IMG/VR virus record: IMGVR_UViG_3300012983_000031 | Location: 1 to 64,000 of that record | DNA length: 64,000 nucleotides | From: a virus | Taxonomy: Duplodnaviria > Caudoviricetes | Direction: 5' to 3' (one strand) | In this document: positions 1-9,526 of the stretch, piece after piece | Layout of the letters: each line of letters starts with the position of its first letter | Position numbering within the stretch: the stretch's first letter is position 1 | Position numbers and translations under genes: made by a program | Notes under the pieces: generated by a model | Told to the model about the DNA's origin: nothing | Databases searched by the model: none | The model's input: only the letters and a program-made list of their open reading frames with translations

Positions 1-490
1 GTTATAGCTGGAAGAATAGATGGAGCGTTAACCAAACTTGTGCAACCAGAGAACATAAAATAATAACAATAAGGTGCCAAAGTTGTAGCTGGAAGTTCTG
101 GTGCTTTCACCAAACTTGTACAATTTTGGAACATATATTGATAACAATTATTTGCCAAAGTTGTTGCTGAAAGTTCTGGAGCGTTCACCAAACTTGTGCA
201 ACCAGAGAACATATATTGATAACAATCAGATGCCAAAGTTGTAGCTGGAAGTTCTGGAGCGTTAACCAAACTTGTGCAACCAGAGAACATATATGAATAA
301 CAATAAGTTGCTAATGTTATAGCAGGTAATTCTGGAGCAACTTCCAAACTTGTGCAATTTTGGAACATATATTGATAACAATAATTTGCCAATGTTGTTG
401 CTGGAAGTTCTGGAGCTTCAACCAAACTTGTGCAGCCAGAGAACATATTAGAATAACAAAAATTTGCCAAAGTTGTCACTGGAAGTTCAA
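1..490 (-). repeat. At least 6 tandem 78-bp (26-aa) coding repeats, consensus AxxCYxxMFxGCTSLVxAPELPATTL
   Basis: Recurrent ccaaacttgtgcaaccagagaacat and ggaagttctggagc blocks at 78-bp period. Confidence 0.95.
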
Positions 491-2282
491 GTTCTGCAGC
501 AGATGTTAATTTATCGCAATTATTGAACAAATTCGCAAAAGCATAAATTTTACCAGTTAAATCAGTTTGTCCTGCATAATCATCTCCATACAAAAGTGAC
601 ATAACATTTCCTTCAACAACAAATTGCCCACTTGACTTGAATGTGCCTATACCAGCTGATGTAGGTGTACATGTTCCTTTCCAAATAATTTTTGCACCAG
701 CTTCTATTTCATTAGTTGATGTATCGCTTGCTAAAGCTGTCCATGTTGAACCACCATCAGTTGAATAACTCAAACTGTTTGAACCTGTACCTGTGAATTT
801 AAATGTACCTGATTCTGATGGAATAAATGTCAAATATTTACCTTTATAAGAAAATGTCTTAAAACCAATATACCAAAATTCCTTATTTCCTTCTGAATCT
901 ACTGCGTAAACTGTACATTCACCTTTTTCTGAAACAATAACAACACCATCATTAACAACCGCACAAGAACATGTATTTTCAATCATACCATCATATGTTG
1001 AATCATATACACCCCATGAAACAGATCCAGATAAGGAACTTGTTAAATTAAATATATTTCCTACATCACTTGGTAATATTTCCATATGGAACGTTCTATC
1101 AAACCCAGATCCAACCCTGATGCATTTCACAACATCATTGCCAAGAAGAACAACATCAAACAGCTGAAGAAGATCATTTTCTTCATCCTCTGTGAATTCT
1201 CTTCCAGGATAAGCAGCATAACTTGAAAGCGGGGAACTCTGCATCTCATTGCTATTATAATCCGCAGCTACACCAATGCACAGAACACCATCAACATATG
1301 CCTGCACATCCTTATGCTCATTACCATGTATATTCAAAACTACATTTCCATAAGAATCCGAAAAATCAACACCATTAAAAGAAGTTTTAAAATTGAAAGC
1401 CTTTATAACATTTCTGACATCATCATATTTAATATTAGTAGTGACACCCATCACGGAAACATGTGAAACGATTACAATATTATATCCTTTCTTATTTGTC
1501 ATCAATGCAACATTTGCTAACCATTTCAATTGTTCTTTTCCAACAACATATGTATCACTGTCTACACCATCATGTGTATCCATAACAATATATCTTCTGC
1601 TGTTAGCATCATCATCGTAATAATAATAGCAACCATCTGGATCAGCATCGTTTGATACAATATCGTATTTTGATGGCTTCGGCATGATGAAATTCCTGTT
1701 CTCTTGCTGAGACAAAGCAAACTTAGGAAGATCCCTTTCTGCCTTCAGATAGAAATCATGGCTACCCTTTGCCTGAAGATATACGCCACCCTTAGATAAA
1801 GGATTGTACATTAACTTATCAAACAAACCCTTCACCCTCTTGATTTCCTCATACTGATCATCTGAATCGTATTTCATGTAGTCATACATGATGTCACCGC
1901 CATAAACGGATTTACTGATTCCAGTATTTTTCATAATATCCGAGGCAAGGCAACCTGCAAGACCGAAGTTAGATATTGATCCAGAGGCATCAGCCCATCC
2001 TAAATGGGAATCCGTAATGAAACATACACCGTCACCGTTTCCACCAATTTCTGAAAAAGCGGAATTAACCTTATCGGAAATCGTTCTCATGTATTCCTCG
2101 TAATAGGATGGAACAGACAACCCATTCTCCTTAAGGGTTTCTTTCGTTTGGGCGTTTATTTCACTTTGATAAAGACTTGCATCATAATCGAACACCTCTG
2201 ATGCTGCGGCAACTCTACCATCTGTTGCAGCGGAATGCAATTCACCAGGAATTGTAATTAGCTTATTGAAATCTCTTGTCAT
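1..2282 (-). CDS. Partial (runs off window start) multidomain protein: calcineurin-like metallophosphoesterase plus C-terminal 26-aa BspA-like leucine-rich repeats; probable virion appendage
   Basis: Not in ORF track. Manual translation from ATG 2282 gives MTRDFNKLITIPGELHSAATDG..., motifs ITDSH, YGGD, KGSHD, IVSH, IHGNEH, then repeats such as ANYCYQYMFQNCTSLEVAPELPAITL in the same frame. Two GATAAATA motifs lie upstream. Confidence 0.85.
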   Translation of the reverse strand, partial: MTRDFNKLITIPGELHSAATDGRVAAASEVFDYDASLYQSEINAQTKETLKENGLSVPSYYEEYMRTISDKVNSAFSEIGGNGDGVCFITDSHLGWADASGSISNFGLAGCLASDIMKNTGISKSVYGGDIMYDYMKYDSDDQYEEIKRVKGLFDKLMYNPLSKGGVYLQAKGSHDFYLKAERDLPKFALSQQENRNFIMPKPSKYDIVSNDADPDGCYYYYDDDANSRRYIVMDTHDGVDSDTYVVGKEQLKWLANVALMTNKKGYNIVIVSHVSVMGVTTNIKYDDVRNVIKAFNFKTSFNGVDFSDSYGNVVLNIHGNEHKDVQAYVDGVLCIGVAADYNSNEMQSSPLSSYAAYPGREFTEDEENDLLQLFDVVLLGNDVVKCIRVGSGFDRTFHMEILPSDVGNIFNLTSSLSGSVSWGVYDSTYDGMIENTCSCAVVNDGVVIVSEKGECTVYAVDSEGNKEFWYIGFKTFSYKGKYLTFIPSESGTFKFTGTGSNSLSYSTDGGSTWTALASDTSTNEIEAGAKIIWKGTCTPTSAGIGTFKSSGQFVVEGNVMSLLYGDDYAGQTDLTGKIYAFANLFNNCDKLTSAAELELPVTTLANFCYSNMFSGCTSLVEAPELPATTLANYCYQYMFQNCTSLEVAPELPAITLATYCYSYMFSGCTSLVNAPELPATTLASDCYQYMFSGCTSLVNAPELSATTLANNCYQYMFQNCTSLVKAPELPATTLAPYCYYFMFSGCTSLVNAPSILPAI

Positions 2283-2343
2283 ATCGCAAGATGTATAGTT
2301 TTAGTTTTTTGGATGCCACTGGTTTTGTGACGATTTATTTTAT

Positions 2344-2398
2344 TATTTATCTTAATTTCACGCGTTTTATTTTTAATGCCACTATTTTACTATTTATC
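2344..2398 (-). promoter_or_regulatory. Two tandem late-type promoters (GATAAATA at 2344-2351 and 2391-2398)
   Basis: Motif recurs upstream of many structural genes in the window and resembles the T4 late promoter TATAAATA. Confidence 0.7.
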
Positions 2399-2483
2399 TA
2401 AAATAACCATATAAATGGCACCAAAAATTATTTAAAATACAAAATATCATCAGCAACAATTTTTCTATATCAAAAATAAGTAG

Positions 2484-2491
2484 TATATTTG
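2484..2491 (+). promoter_or_regulatory. Bacteroidota-type -7 promoter element (TATATTTG) upstream of primase
   Basis: Matches TAnnTTTG, followed by CAAC, 17 nt before the ATG. Confidence 0.65.
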
Positions 2492-2508
2492 CAACAAAAT
2501 TAATTTTA

Positions 2509-3594
2509 ATGGAAGATAAAAGCATATTATCACCTCATGGCAACGTGTCTGAAAACTTGTCCAAAGAGGATTTCGTAAACGAACTCCAGCCATTGATTTC
2601 CAACATCCTGCAGACGGTTTTCCCTCACAATCCGCCGAAGCAGAAGATTCGTGTTCATCATGACAGGATATCTTTTGCGGCTCCTTGCTGTGGTGATTCA
2701 GCTTCCAACAATTACAAAAAACGAGGAAACATCATCCTTGAAGGAAAGTTCAAGAACCTGTACAAATGTTTCAACTGTGGCACATGCATGTCTTTGCAGA
2801 AGTTCCTCAAGACTTATGGGCAGAATCCTTCCATTGACATCATTGATTACATAGCGACATCAAAAGATTCGTCATCATTTGTCAAACAAACGAACATGTC
2901 TTACATATACAATGATGATGAGATTGACAAGTATGCGATCTCCAGGGATCACTTCCGTTCCATTTTGAATCTTCAAGAGTGCAGCACCCCATGTCAGGGA
3001 AGGAATTACCTTATATCCAGAAAGCAATACAATTTTGACAAATTCCTTTATTCGTCATCCCATGACAAGCTGTTTGTTTTGAACTTGACGAAGACTGGTA
3101 AAATATTCGGAATGCAGGTTCGTTCATTTGGATCTGGATCAGCGAAATACAAGACATACAATCTGCAGAAGCTACATCAGATTATATTGAATGATGATGT
3201 TGTTATTCCAGATGACATCAATACGTTGTCGATGATATTCAACATATTACTGATTGACTGCAACAAGCCTGTCACGGTCACGGAAGGTCCGATGGATTCA
3301 TTCCTGATAAAGAACTCAATTGCGTTATGTGGTGCTGGAAAGAACATGGATTTCCCTTTCATGATACGTTATTTGTTTGATGATGACAAGACTGGCAGGG
3401 AGCATGCTATTGAGAAACTTCATGAAGGGTATGAAGTTTTCCTTTGGGATTCATTCAAGAAGGACATAGGCATAGTGTCCCGTGGAAAACTTGATTATAA
3501 TGATGTTGTTATGTGGTGTTCAAAGGAAAACAAGGTTATCCCCAATCTTGATCAATATTTTTCCGATGATGAAATGGAATTGATAAATCTTTAA
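2509..3594 (+). CDS. gp61: DNA primase, T4 gp61-like
   Basis: Zn finger PCCGDS...YKCFNCG; TOPRIM motifs VTEGPMD and FDDD. Confidence 0.9.
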   Translation: MEDKSILSPHGNVSENLSKEDFVNELQPLISNILQTVFPHNPPKQKIRVHHDRISFAAPCCGDSASNNYKKRGNIILEGKFKNLYKCFNCGTCMSLQKFLKTYGQNPSIDIIDYIATSKDSSSFVKQTNMSYIYNDDEIDKYAISRDHFRSILNLQECSTPCQGRNYLISRKQYNFDKFLYSSSHDKLFVLNLTKTGKIFGMQVRSFGSGSAKYKTYNLQKLHQIILNDDVVIPDDINTLSMIFNILLIDCNKPVTVTEGPMDSFLIKNSIALCGAGKNMDFPFMIRYLFDDDKTGREHAIEKLHEGYEVFLWDSFKKDIGIVSRGKLDYNDVVMWCSKENKVIPNLDQYFSDDEMELINL

Positions 3595-3605
3595 AATAAA
3601 AGCAC

Positions 3606-3788
3606 ATGAAAAAATTTGCGTACAAGGAATTTTCAACGGAGTCCGATGTTTGCGATCAGCTTGAAACCTGGTCAAAGAATGGTTGGAATCTGAATGTTAT
3701 GTTTGTCAAGATAACAAGGATAATGGATAAGATTGTCATTTTCTATGACTCTATACTTGACAGAGGAACGTTTGATCCAGCGTTATAA
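3606..3788 (+). CDS. Small hypothetical protein
   Basis: ATG 11 nt after the primase stop; followed by a terminator. Confidence 0.65.
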   Translation: MKKFAYKEFSTESDVCDQLETWSKNGWNLNVMFVKITRIMDKIVIFYDSILDRGTFDPAL

Positions 3789-3792
3789 AAAG

Positions 3793-3822
3793 AAAAGGCT
3801 ATCACATTGATGATAGCCTTTT
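3793..3822. terminator. Bidirectional intrinsic terminator
   Basis: AAAAGGCTATCA-cattga-TGATAGCCTTTT between convergent genes. Confidence 0.85.
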
Positions 3823-3848
3823 TTCTTTTTTTGTATTTTTTAGAAACA

Positions 3849-4397
3849 TTATTCTGGTCGGGATATTCTAATCTTTCTACGTGGTCTTTCTGGTTCAGCT
3901 GGAGGTGATGGAGGAACATCACCAGAATTATCATTAGAATCATTATTGACCGCATCGAAACCGATTTCCATTCCATCATCCTTTCCATTGTTGTCCTCAT
4001 CGTTTCTTGGATTCTGGAAATCCTCCTTGTCATGCACAAGGTCAAGCATGTTATCGGTTTTCTTTGTATCGTGGCTGTAATATGAGAACTCTGTAGCCTT
4101 TTCACTTTCAAGGTATTTCCAAAGGTTAACGAGGGCGATATCCATCAATGAACGGAACTCTCCGTATTCTGCCTGAAGATCTTTCCAGTCTTTTCTCTCA
4201 TCGAAATTGAAATCCTTAAGCACATCGATAGCGAACTTCCTATCCTCTATATAGTTCAGAAGTTCATACTGGATGAATCCATGCAGACGGTCAACGTCGT
4301 TGTTCTGCACATCCTCCTGTGTAATCAGGTTCTTGTCGATTGCGGACTGAACCTTGTCGACAATTTCATTAAGGAACGAATCTTTATTAAACTTCAT
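3849..4397 (-). CDS. Hypothetical protein, possible head-internal protein
   Basis: 182-aa ORF in a late operon; N-terminal FLNE motif. Confidence 0.8.
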   Translation of the reverse strand: MKFNKDSFLNEIVDKVQSAIDKNLITQEDVQNNDVDRLHGFIQYELLNYIEDRKFAIDVLKDFNFDERKDWKDLQAEYGEFRSLMDIALVNLWKYLESEKATEFSYYSHDTKKTDNMLDLVHDKEDFQNPRNDEDNNGKDDGMEIGFDAVNNDSNDNSGDVPPSPPAEPERPRRKIRISRPE

Positions 4398-4413
4398 GAC
4401 TTACCGATTGCTT

Positions 4414-4902
4414 TTAGAATTTAATTGATTTAACCTTTTGTCCGATGAACGCGCAGCACACATCGAAGATCCACTGCTTTGCTGTCTTGGTTGAAACCTT
4501 CTTCTTTGTGTAAGTTTCTATCTTCTTCTTGAGTTCACCGCAGAAAGAGCATTCTTTACCAAGGACAAGAGTCTCAACGATCTTATCAACATTTGCCTTA
4601 ATTTCTCTCTTGAAGAATTTCTCGATTTGTTCATCGGTTGACTTCTCTGTAAGTACAGCTGCGCTTTCATTAAGGAAAGCAACTCCCTTACTTGTCAATC
4701 CGCTTTCTCTGTCCCACATTTCAGCGAGCATAGCCTTGAACGATTCCTTCTCAGCCTCGTTCACGAGTGTCGCGAAATCCTGCACGCCATATTCATGCTT
4801 GATTGCCGCAACAAGCTTTGCCTTATCAGCTGCTATAGCCTTCTGCTGCTCGTTGATTGCATTATGTTTTGATCTATTGTAAACGTTTTCAAATGATTTC
4901 AT
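4414..4902 (-). CDS. Hypothetical protein, possible head-internal protein (start moved to ATG 4902)
   Basis: GATAAATA at 4927-4934 abuts the GTG, so the ATG 24 nt downstream is the likelier start; AINEQ, LVNEA and FLNES motifs. Confidence 0.8.
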   Translation of the reverse strand: MKSFENVYNRSKHNAINEQQKAIAADKAKLVAAIKHEYGVQDFATLVNEAEKESFKAMLAEMWDRESGLTSKGVAFLNESAAVLTEKSTDEQIEKFFKREIKANVDKIVETLVLGKECSFCGELKKKIETYTKKKVSTKTAKQWIFDVCCAFIGQKVKSIKF

Positions 4903-4944
4903 TATCTTAAACTGTATCTTTTTCACTATTTATCTAAATTATTA

Positions 4945-5742
4945 CTACGCTATTTTTATGTTCTTAACTCTATAGAACGGATCAGAATCCTGATCATACT
5001 TGAACTGTCCTGGCTTTATCTCGTTGCCGAAATCTGAATCTTCGGCATAAAGAACAATCTCATGTCCTCTCTTGATGTTTCTTGTGGCGAATATCCTTAT
5101 AATAGGTGTTTCTCCATCCACATATTCATAATCCGCATTAGGCTCTATATTGCAATCAAGTGAATTTCGATAATACGATGCATACCCAAATGGTATAGCA
5201 TATATTCCTCTTGGTGCATCAATTGTGAACGCGAACTCCCGAATGTTCTCTGAATACATATCCTTCTCATAAAGTATTCTGACTGGGCATTCCTCTATTG
5301 TGTCATTTATTCCGAAGAACTGTCCAGCTATCATCTTTCCGCCTTTGAACATTATCTTATTATCGGTGTTGTTGTTCCAAAGTCTTACTCTTCCTATATT
5401 GAAATCCTTTTCATCAAAGTCAAAGTCAGCCATTTCCTCATATCTGGTGTTTATTGTGGTGTCGCCTATTTCATCAAAAGGATTCTCGAACGCCTCGTTC
5501 TTGTGCCTTTTCCTGAAATCATATTCCTTCACAAGTGATCTTATCTTATGGTACAGCGAAGACGACTCATTGATCGCCTCAGCATCTTGTTCACACTTTG
5601 ACATGATGGAGTACGCTTCAGCAAGATTCAACACCTTATCAAGAGATTTAGATGAAATCCTGTTATGATAGTATCTGTCATGATCGATATCATGGAGTGA
5701 CTCCATGATACCTTCCTTGTAATATAACATTTGATTATTCAT
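4945..5742 (-). CDS. SET-domain protein (vSET-like lysine methyltransferase fold) with N-terminal extension
   Basis: DTIEECPV...AIPFGYASYYRNS...EPNADYE...IRIFATRNIKRGHEIVLY follows the SET pattern G-E-x-V-E-E-C...NHS...PN...RIF...I-x-x-G-E-E-I-x-x-x-Y. Confidence 0.75.
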   Translation of the reverse strand: MNNQMLYYKEGIMESLHDIDHDRYYHNRISSKSLDKVLNLAEAYSIMSKCEQDAEAINESSSLYHKIRSLVKEYDFRKRHKNEAFENPFDEIGDTTINTRYEEMADFDFDEKDFNIGRVRLWNNNTDNKIMFKGGKMIAGQFFGINDTIEECPVRILYEKDMYSENIREFAFTIDAPRGIYAIPFGYASYYRNSLDCNIEPNADYEYVDGETPIIRIFATRNIKRGHEIVLYAEDSDFGNEIKPGQFKYDQDSDPFYRVKNIKIA

Positions 5743-5747
5743 CTTAA

Positions 5748-8700
5748 TTAACCGATTCTATGTTTACCAAGACTAATCTTTTCAACAACATTATCTAATT
5801 TATCGAACTTCACGAGAACAAGGCTTTCATAAAGAGGTGTTGCAACGGATGGTGTGTTACTTGCCTCAGAAACAAGATTGTAGTTTTGATTTATCTCGTA
5901 TTTCATGAACTTCGCAAGCTTAGATGACTTAGCGAACGCCGTACAGTCGGATCTGTCAAGAATCTTCTTTATGAACGAACTTTCATCAAGCTTAGATTTC
6001 TTTCCGCTTCCATTGTCATAAACAGCCTCTGAAATAACAAACCAATTCCTCATCCTTATGTCAAACCTACGGGTAACGTTGACGTTCGACTGATTGAGAC
6101 TTTCATTTACATCTGTATTGTATGAATATTCAACTGTCGGTTTCTCTGAAGTGCTTACGTTCTTATTAAATGTTTTAATCATCGTATCAGCAACAGCATT
6201 TACATTCCAATTCTTTTTCTCCATTGTAATTGATGGCAGCTGCGCACCTGTAACCAACCTAGTTATGAGGATATTATTAGTATTTTTTCCGCTGCAAGCT
6301 ATATTGAATTCAACATTAAGATCTTCAAATCTAACTTTAAATGAATCAACATTCGTTAACGATGAAGATTCTGTAAATATTTTAACACCATCCTTCTCGG
6401 TTGAAACAATATCAAATTGAGATGGTTCGTTGTTATTCATTTTAACACCACATTCATCTATCATAATTTTAACGCACTGTGCAATAAAATCATTATAAAC
6501 AAGCATATTAATCTTTTCTTCAAGAATATCAATATTTTTTACTTTAATTGGCTTTGGTTCATTTGAATTCTTAAATATGCCGTTAAGTTTATTTTGAAGA
6601 GAAGATCCTATAAAATGACTGTCCTTTGAAAATTTTAATTTATTAATTAATAATGAATCAAGATCTGAATCAGTAAAATATGTTCCAGTCATAAAAGATT
6701 TATATTCTCTGATTTCCTGAACATTTTTTGGAGAAACAACAACATGAAAAACATTATATTCATGCTCTCCATCGGTATCACCAGAAGCATATATATATTG
6801 ATCAGATGAATAAAGGGAACGTTTATAAATGTTACTATATTTTACGCCTGGTTTTTTATTATCCTTTGCGTTGAATTTCTCAATAAGCTTATCTGTTGTT
6901 CCAACATTCTCAATATCATCACCTTCTGGAAGAGGATGACTTTGACCATATTTGTCAGCATATTTCTTTAATTCAGAATCATTATAATTATCTCTTTGAG
7001 TAAATTGAGGATCGACCTTCTGTGTCATGAATTCATTAAGGTCATCGGCTGACATGTAATTATCAATCTTGTAAACAGATCTTGAAAGAATCTCTTTACT
7101 GTCGTTCTTTGTTGTAATTATAACAAACGAATTGAATTCATCCTTATCATCTTTGTCACCATATGCGTATACATACTGTCTAATATCGTTTTCCCCGTCA
7201 TTAAATTGCCTGTCATAAACATCACTGACGCGAACAGCTGCCTCTTCAGCTGACCGTTCATTAAGTGCCTTGATGAGTCCATCAGTTGTCTCTACATCAT
7301 CAATTTTAGGTTCATCTCCCTGATAAGATTTTACTGCATTTTTTATTCTATCTCCAAATGGCCAATAAGCAAACAATGGATCTAAACTCTTATCAGTAGT
7401 AAACAATGTATAAATAGCACTTTCACTGATAAAATTGTTTATTTTATACTTCTTTAATGATAATATCTCATATGGATCTCGTGTGCGATTTTTCATCATG
7501 ACAACGATGAATGTATTATAACCTTTAGTTTCGTTTTCTCTGTCTGCTGTTGCATACACAAACTGTGTTACACTGTTATCGTATTTTGGAATTCTAAAGA
7601 AAACACCTGTTTGAACGTCTGGTGTCCAATCAAGAAGAACAGGATCAAGCGACATCCACTTGTTATATGGAAGATCGATCTCACCCTTCTCTTTGTATGC
7701 ATCATAATCGATGTCATCTGTGCTTAATTCTGCGACACCATCATCATTAATTCTAAAATTATCACCTTCAGTTCCTTTCACCAAACCTGTAAGCTTAAAC
7801 TTCATGTTACCATTCTTTGGATCACAGCTAACAACCTCTGCAATAGCTACGTTTCCAATCTCAACCTCATTATCTCCAAGCATAGCCTGCCCGTTACCTG
7901 TCTGCCTGAGCAAATAATATTCACCCTTTCGTGGTTGAACACCAAGAACATAATCAGCATCGCTTGCAAGACCTGTCTTGAATACAGGTATAACTCTATC
8001 AAGAATAAAATTAAGATATTGAATATATGCTTCACTCGATACAATTTCAATAATAACATGAGAGAAATTATTATCATAGAAATCTTTCTGTGAATCCCAC
8101 ATATTTTCAAGCTTCTCCTTGGATGCAACAATAAGATTTGCATGCTTCTCATCCTTTGCTTCAGAATATTTAACAAAATTAGCAATAATACCGTTACCTA
8201 TTGCATAATAATGTCCAAGCATCTTACGATAAGCCTTTTCGATACGTTCATATTGCTTTGTGTATGAATTCTTTTCTGGTTTCTGATACTTCTTAAGAAT
8301 TTCAGCAAGCTTATCGCAATCAGATGCATTAATATCTGCAAGAGAATTTGTATCAATACCGATTTCCTTGAACACTTGCTTCATGTTCACATACTTGTCA
8401 GCATAATTATTGATAATTGCATAACAAATCTCTCTTGTAGACTCTTTTGTCACCGCAACCTTCTTTGGATCGCCAACAGGTTTTCCGTCCTTGTAACGCT
8501 GATAAAGGAACGTACCAGCACGAACGGCAAGAGTCGCGAGAGAAACGCCAGCCATCACAAGCGCAAGAACAGATTCGTTCACTTTTTCCTCTGCTACACC
8601 CTCGTTAAGGAGTTCTGTTGAATATGCCTCACGGAAACTTGAATAGATAACTACATCACCTACGCTTTCATTACTTCCACCATTTTTCTTCTTCTGCCCG

Positions 8701-9428
8701 TATGAATTATATTCGCCTTCACCCTTGTTAACCTTCTCATCTGTGTTTCTGCCGTCGTCAACGCTTGACCCATCAGCACCAAGCTTAATCTTGCTGAACG
8801 CATCAGTTGCAGTCTTATAATCCATTGCAATCTCTTCGATGTAAGCGTTACAGAAAGGATGCAAACCAATATTTCCGCGATGATGCTTCGCTGACTTCCA
8901 GTTGCCTGTCAATGTTCTGGAAATCCAGTCAAATATTCCGCTTCCTACACCAGGTAGAACGGATTTCATGTTAAGACCCTCTTCTTTAAGGGTGAAATCC
9001 TTTTGCGCTCTCTGAAGAGTCCTTACAACCTTATTGTAACGAATCTTTATGCTCTTATTGAGTGCCTTGATCATTTTTGCAATAGCATAAATCATCGCTG
9101 CTGCGCCTGCAACGATTGCTATTTCCTTCCAATGTGCGCCAAAGAACGCTAATCCGTCCGCAACGCCTGAATGATGAACACTATTATCGATAAAAACGCT
9201 GTGATCATCTACATGAATATTGATTCCGCCGCTTCCTGCCATACTACCTGATACTCCTGTGTTTGAATTTTGTCCAACTAATGTTTTTGCTGCTTTTTTG
9301 GCTGATGCCACTAATTGTGGTGGATCGATTGGCATGGGAGCATCATTTCCTCCCGTAACACCCCTATCTAATCCAGTGTGAACAAGATGTGAATGATATC
9401 CTGTTACATTATCCTCGTTGAGTGCCAT
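5748..9428 (-). CDS. Large late protein with hydrophobic helices and three internal repeated domains; candidate head-internal/ejection protein (alternative start 9455)
   Basis: About 1230-aa ORF; GATAAATA at 9456-9463; ALNED, LLNEG, KVNES, DVNES and LYES motifs; TM-like segments. Confidence 0.85.
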   Translation of the reverse strand: MALNEDNVTGYHSHLVHTGLDRGVTGGNDAPMPIDPPQLVASAKKAAKTLVGQNSNTGVSGSMAGSGGINIHVDDHSVFIDNSVHHSGVADGLAFFGAHWKEIAIVAGAAAMIYAIAKMIKALNKSIKIRYNKVVRTLQRAQKDFTLKEEGLNMKSVLPGVGSGIFDWISRTLTGNWKSAKHHRGNIGLHPFCNAYIEEIAMDYKTATDAFSKIKLGADGSSVDDGRNTDEKVNKGEGEYNSYGQKKKNGGSNESVGDVVIYSSFREAYSTELLNEGVAEEKVNESVLALVMAGVSLATLAVRAGTFLYQRYKDGKPVGDPKKVAVTKESTREICYAIINNYADKYVNMKQVFKEIGIDTNSLADINASDCDKLAEILKKYQKPEKNSYTKQYERIEKAYRKMLGHYYAIGNGIIANFVKYSEAKDEKHANLIVASKEKLENMWDSQKDFYDNNFSHVIIEIVSSEAYIQYLNFILDRVIPVFKTGLASDADYVLGVQPRKGEYYLLRQTGNGQAMLGDNEVEIGNVAIAEVVSCDPKNGNMKFKLTGLVKGTEGDNFRINDDGVAELSTDDIDYDAYKEKGEIDLPYNKWMSLDPVLLDWTPDVQTGVFFRIPKYDNSVTQFVYATADRENETKGYNTFIVVMMKNRTRDPYEILSLKKYKINNFISESAIYTLFTTDKSLDPLFAYWPFGDRIKNAVKSYQGDEPKIDDVETTDGLIKALNERSAEEAAVRVSDVYDRQFNDGENDIRQYVYAYGDKDDKDEFNSFVIITTKNDSKEILSRSVYKIDNYMSADDLNEFMTQKVDPQFTQRDNYNDSELKKYADKYGQSHPLPEGDDIENVGTTDKLIEKFNAKDNKKPGVKYSNIYKRSLYSSDQYIYASGDTDGEHEYNVFHVVVSPKNVQEIREYKSFMTGTYFTDSDLDSLLINKLKFSKDSHFIGSSLQNKLNGIFKNSNEPKPIKVKNIDILEEKINMLVYNDFIAQCVKIMIDECGVKMNNNEPSQFDIVSTEKDGVKIFTESSSLTNVDSFKVRFEDLNVEFNIACSGKNTNNILITRLVTGAQLPSITMEKKNWNVNAVADTMIKTFNKNVSTSEKPTVEYSYNTDVNESLNQSNVNVTRRFDIRMRNWFVISEAVYDNGSGKKSKLDESSFIKKILDRSDCTAFAKSSKLAKFMKYEINQNYNLVSEASNTPSVATPLYESLVLVKFDKLDNVVEKISLGKHRIG

Positions 9429-9455
9429 TATATCGTTAAAATTAAATCTTTTCAT

Positions 9456-9502
9456 TATTTATCTAAACTAAAACAGTCCATAGTGGAAAAACAGGATAAA
9501 TA
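9456..9502. promoter_or_regulatory. Divergent pair of late promoters (GATAAATA minus 9456-9463, plus 9495-9502)
   Basis: Exact motif on both strands of a 70-bp divergent intergenic region. Confidence 0.75.
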
Positions 9503-9526
9503 GTCAAAAACATAAGAAAACAGACA

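Noticed and set aside
1-490. 78-bp repeats as a CRISPR array or a confirmed DGR target
   Set aside because: Units are contiguous in-frame coding repeats with no unique spacers; no cas gene, reverse transcriptase or template repeat in the window
2310-2422. Repeated ATGCCACT (about 2313 and 2376) as an operator
   Set aside because: Only two copies and not noticed at other promoters; insufficient support
4945-5742. Eukaryotic giant-virus origin suggested by the SET domain
   Set aside because: Context is a T4-like tailed phage (gp55, gp32, baseplate genes) with bacterial promoters and terminators
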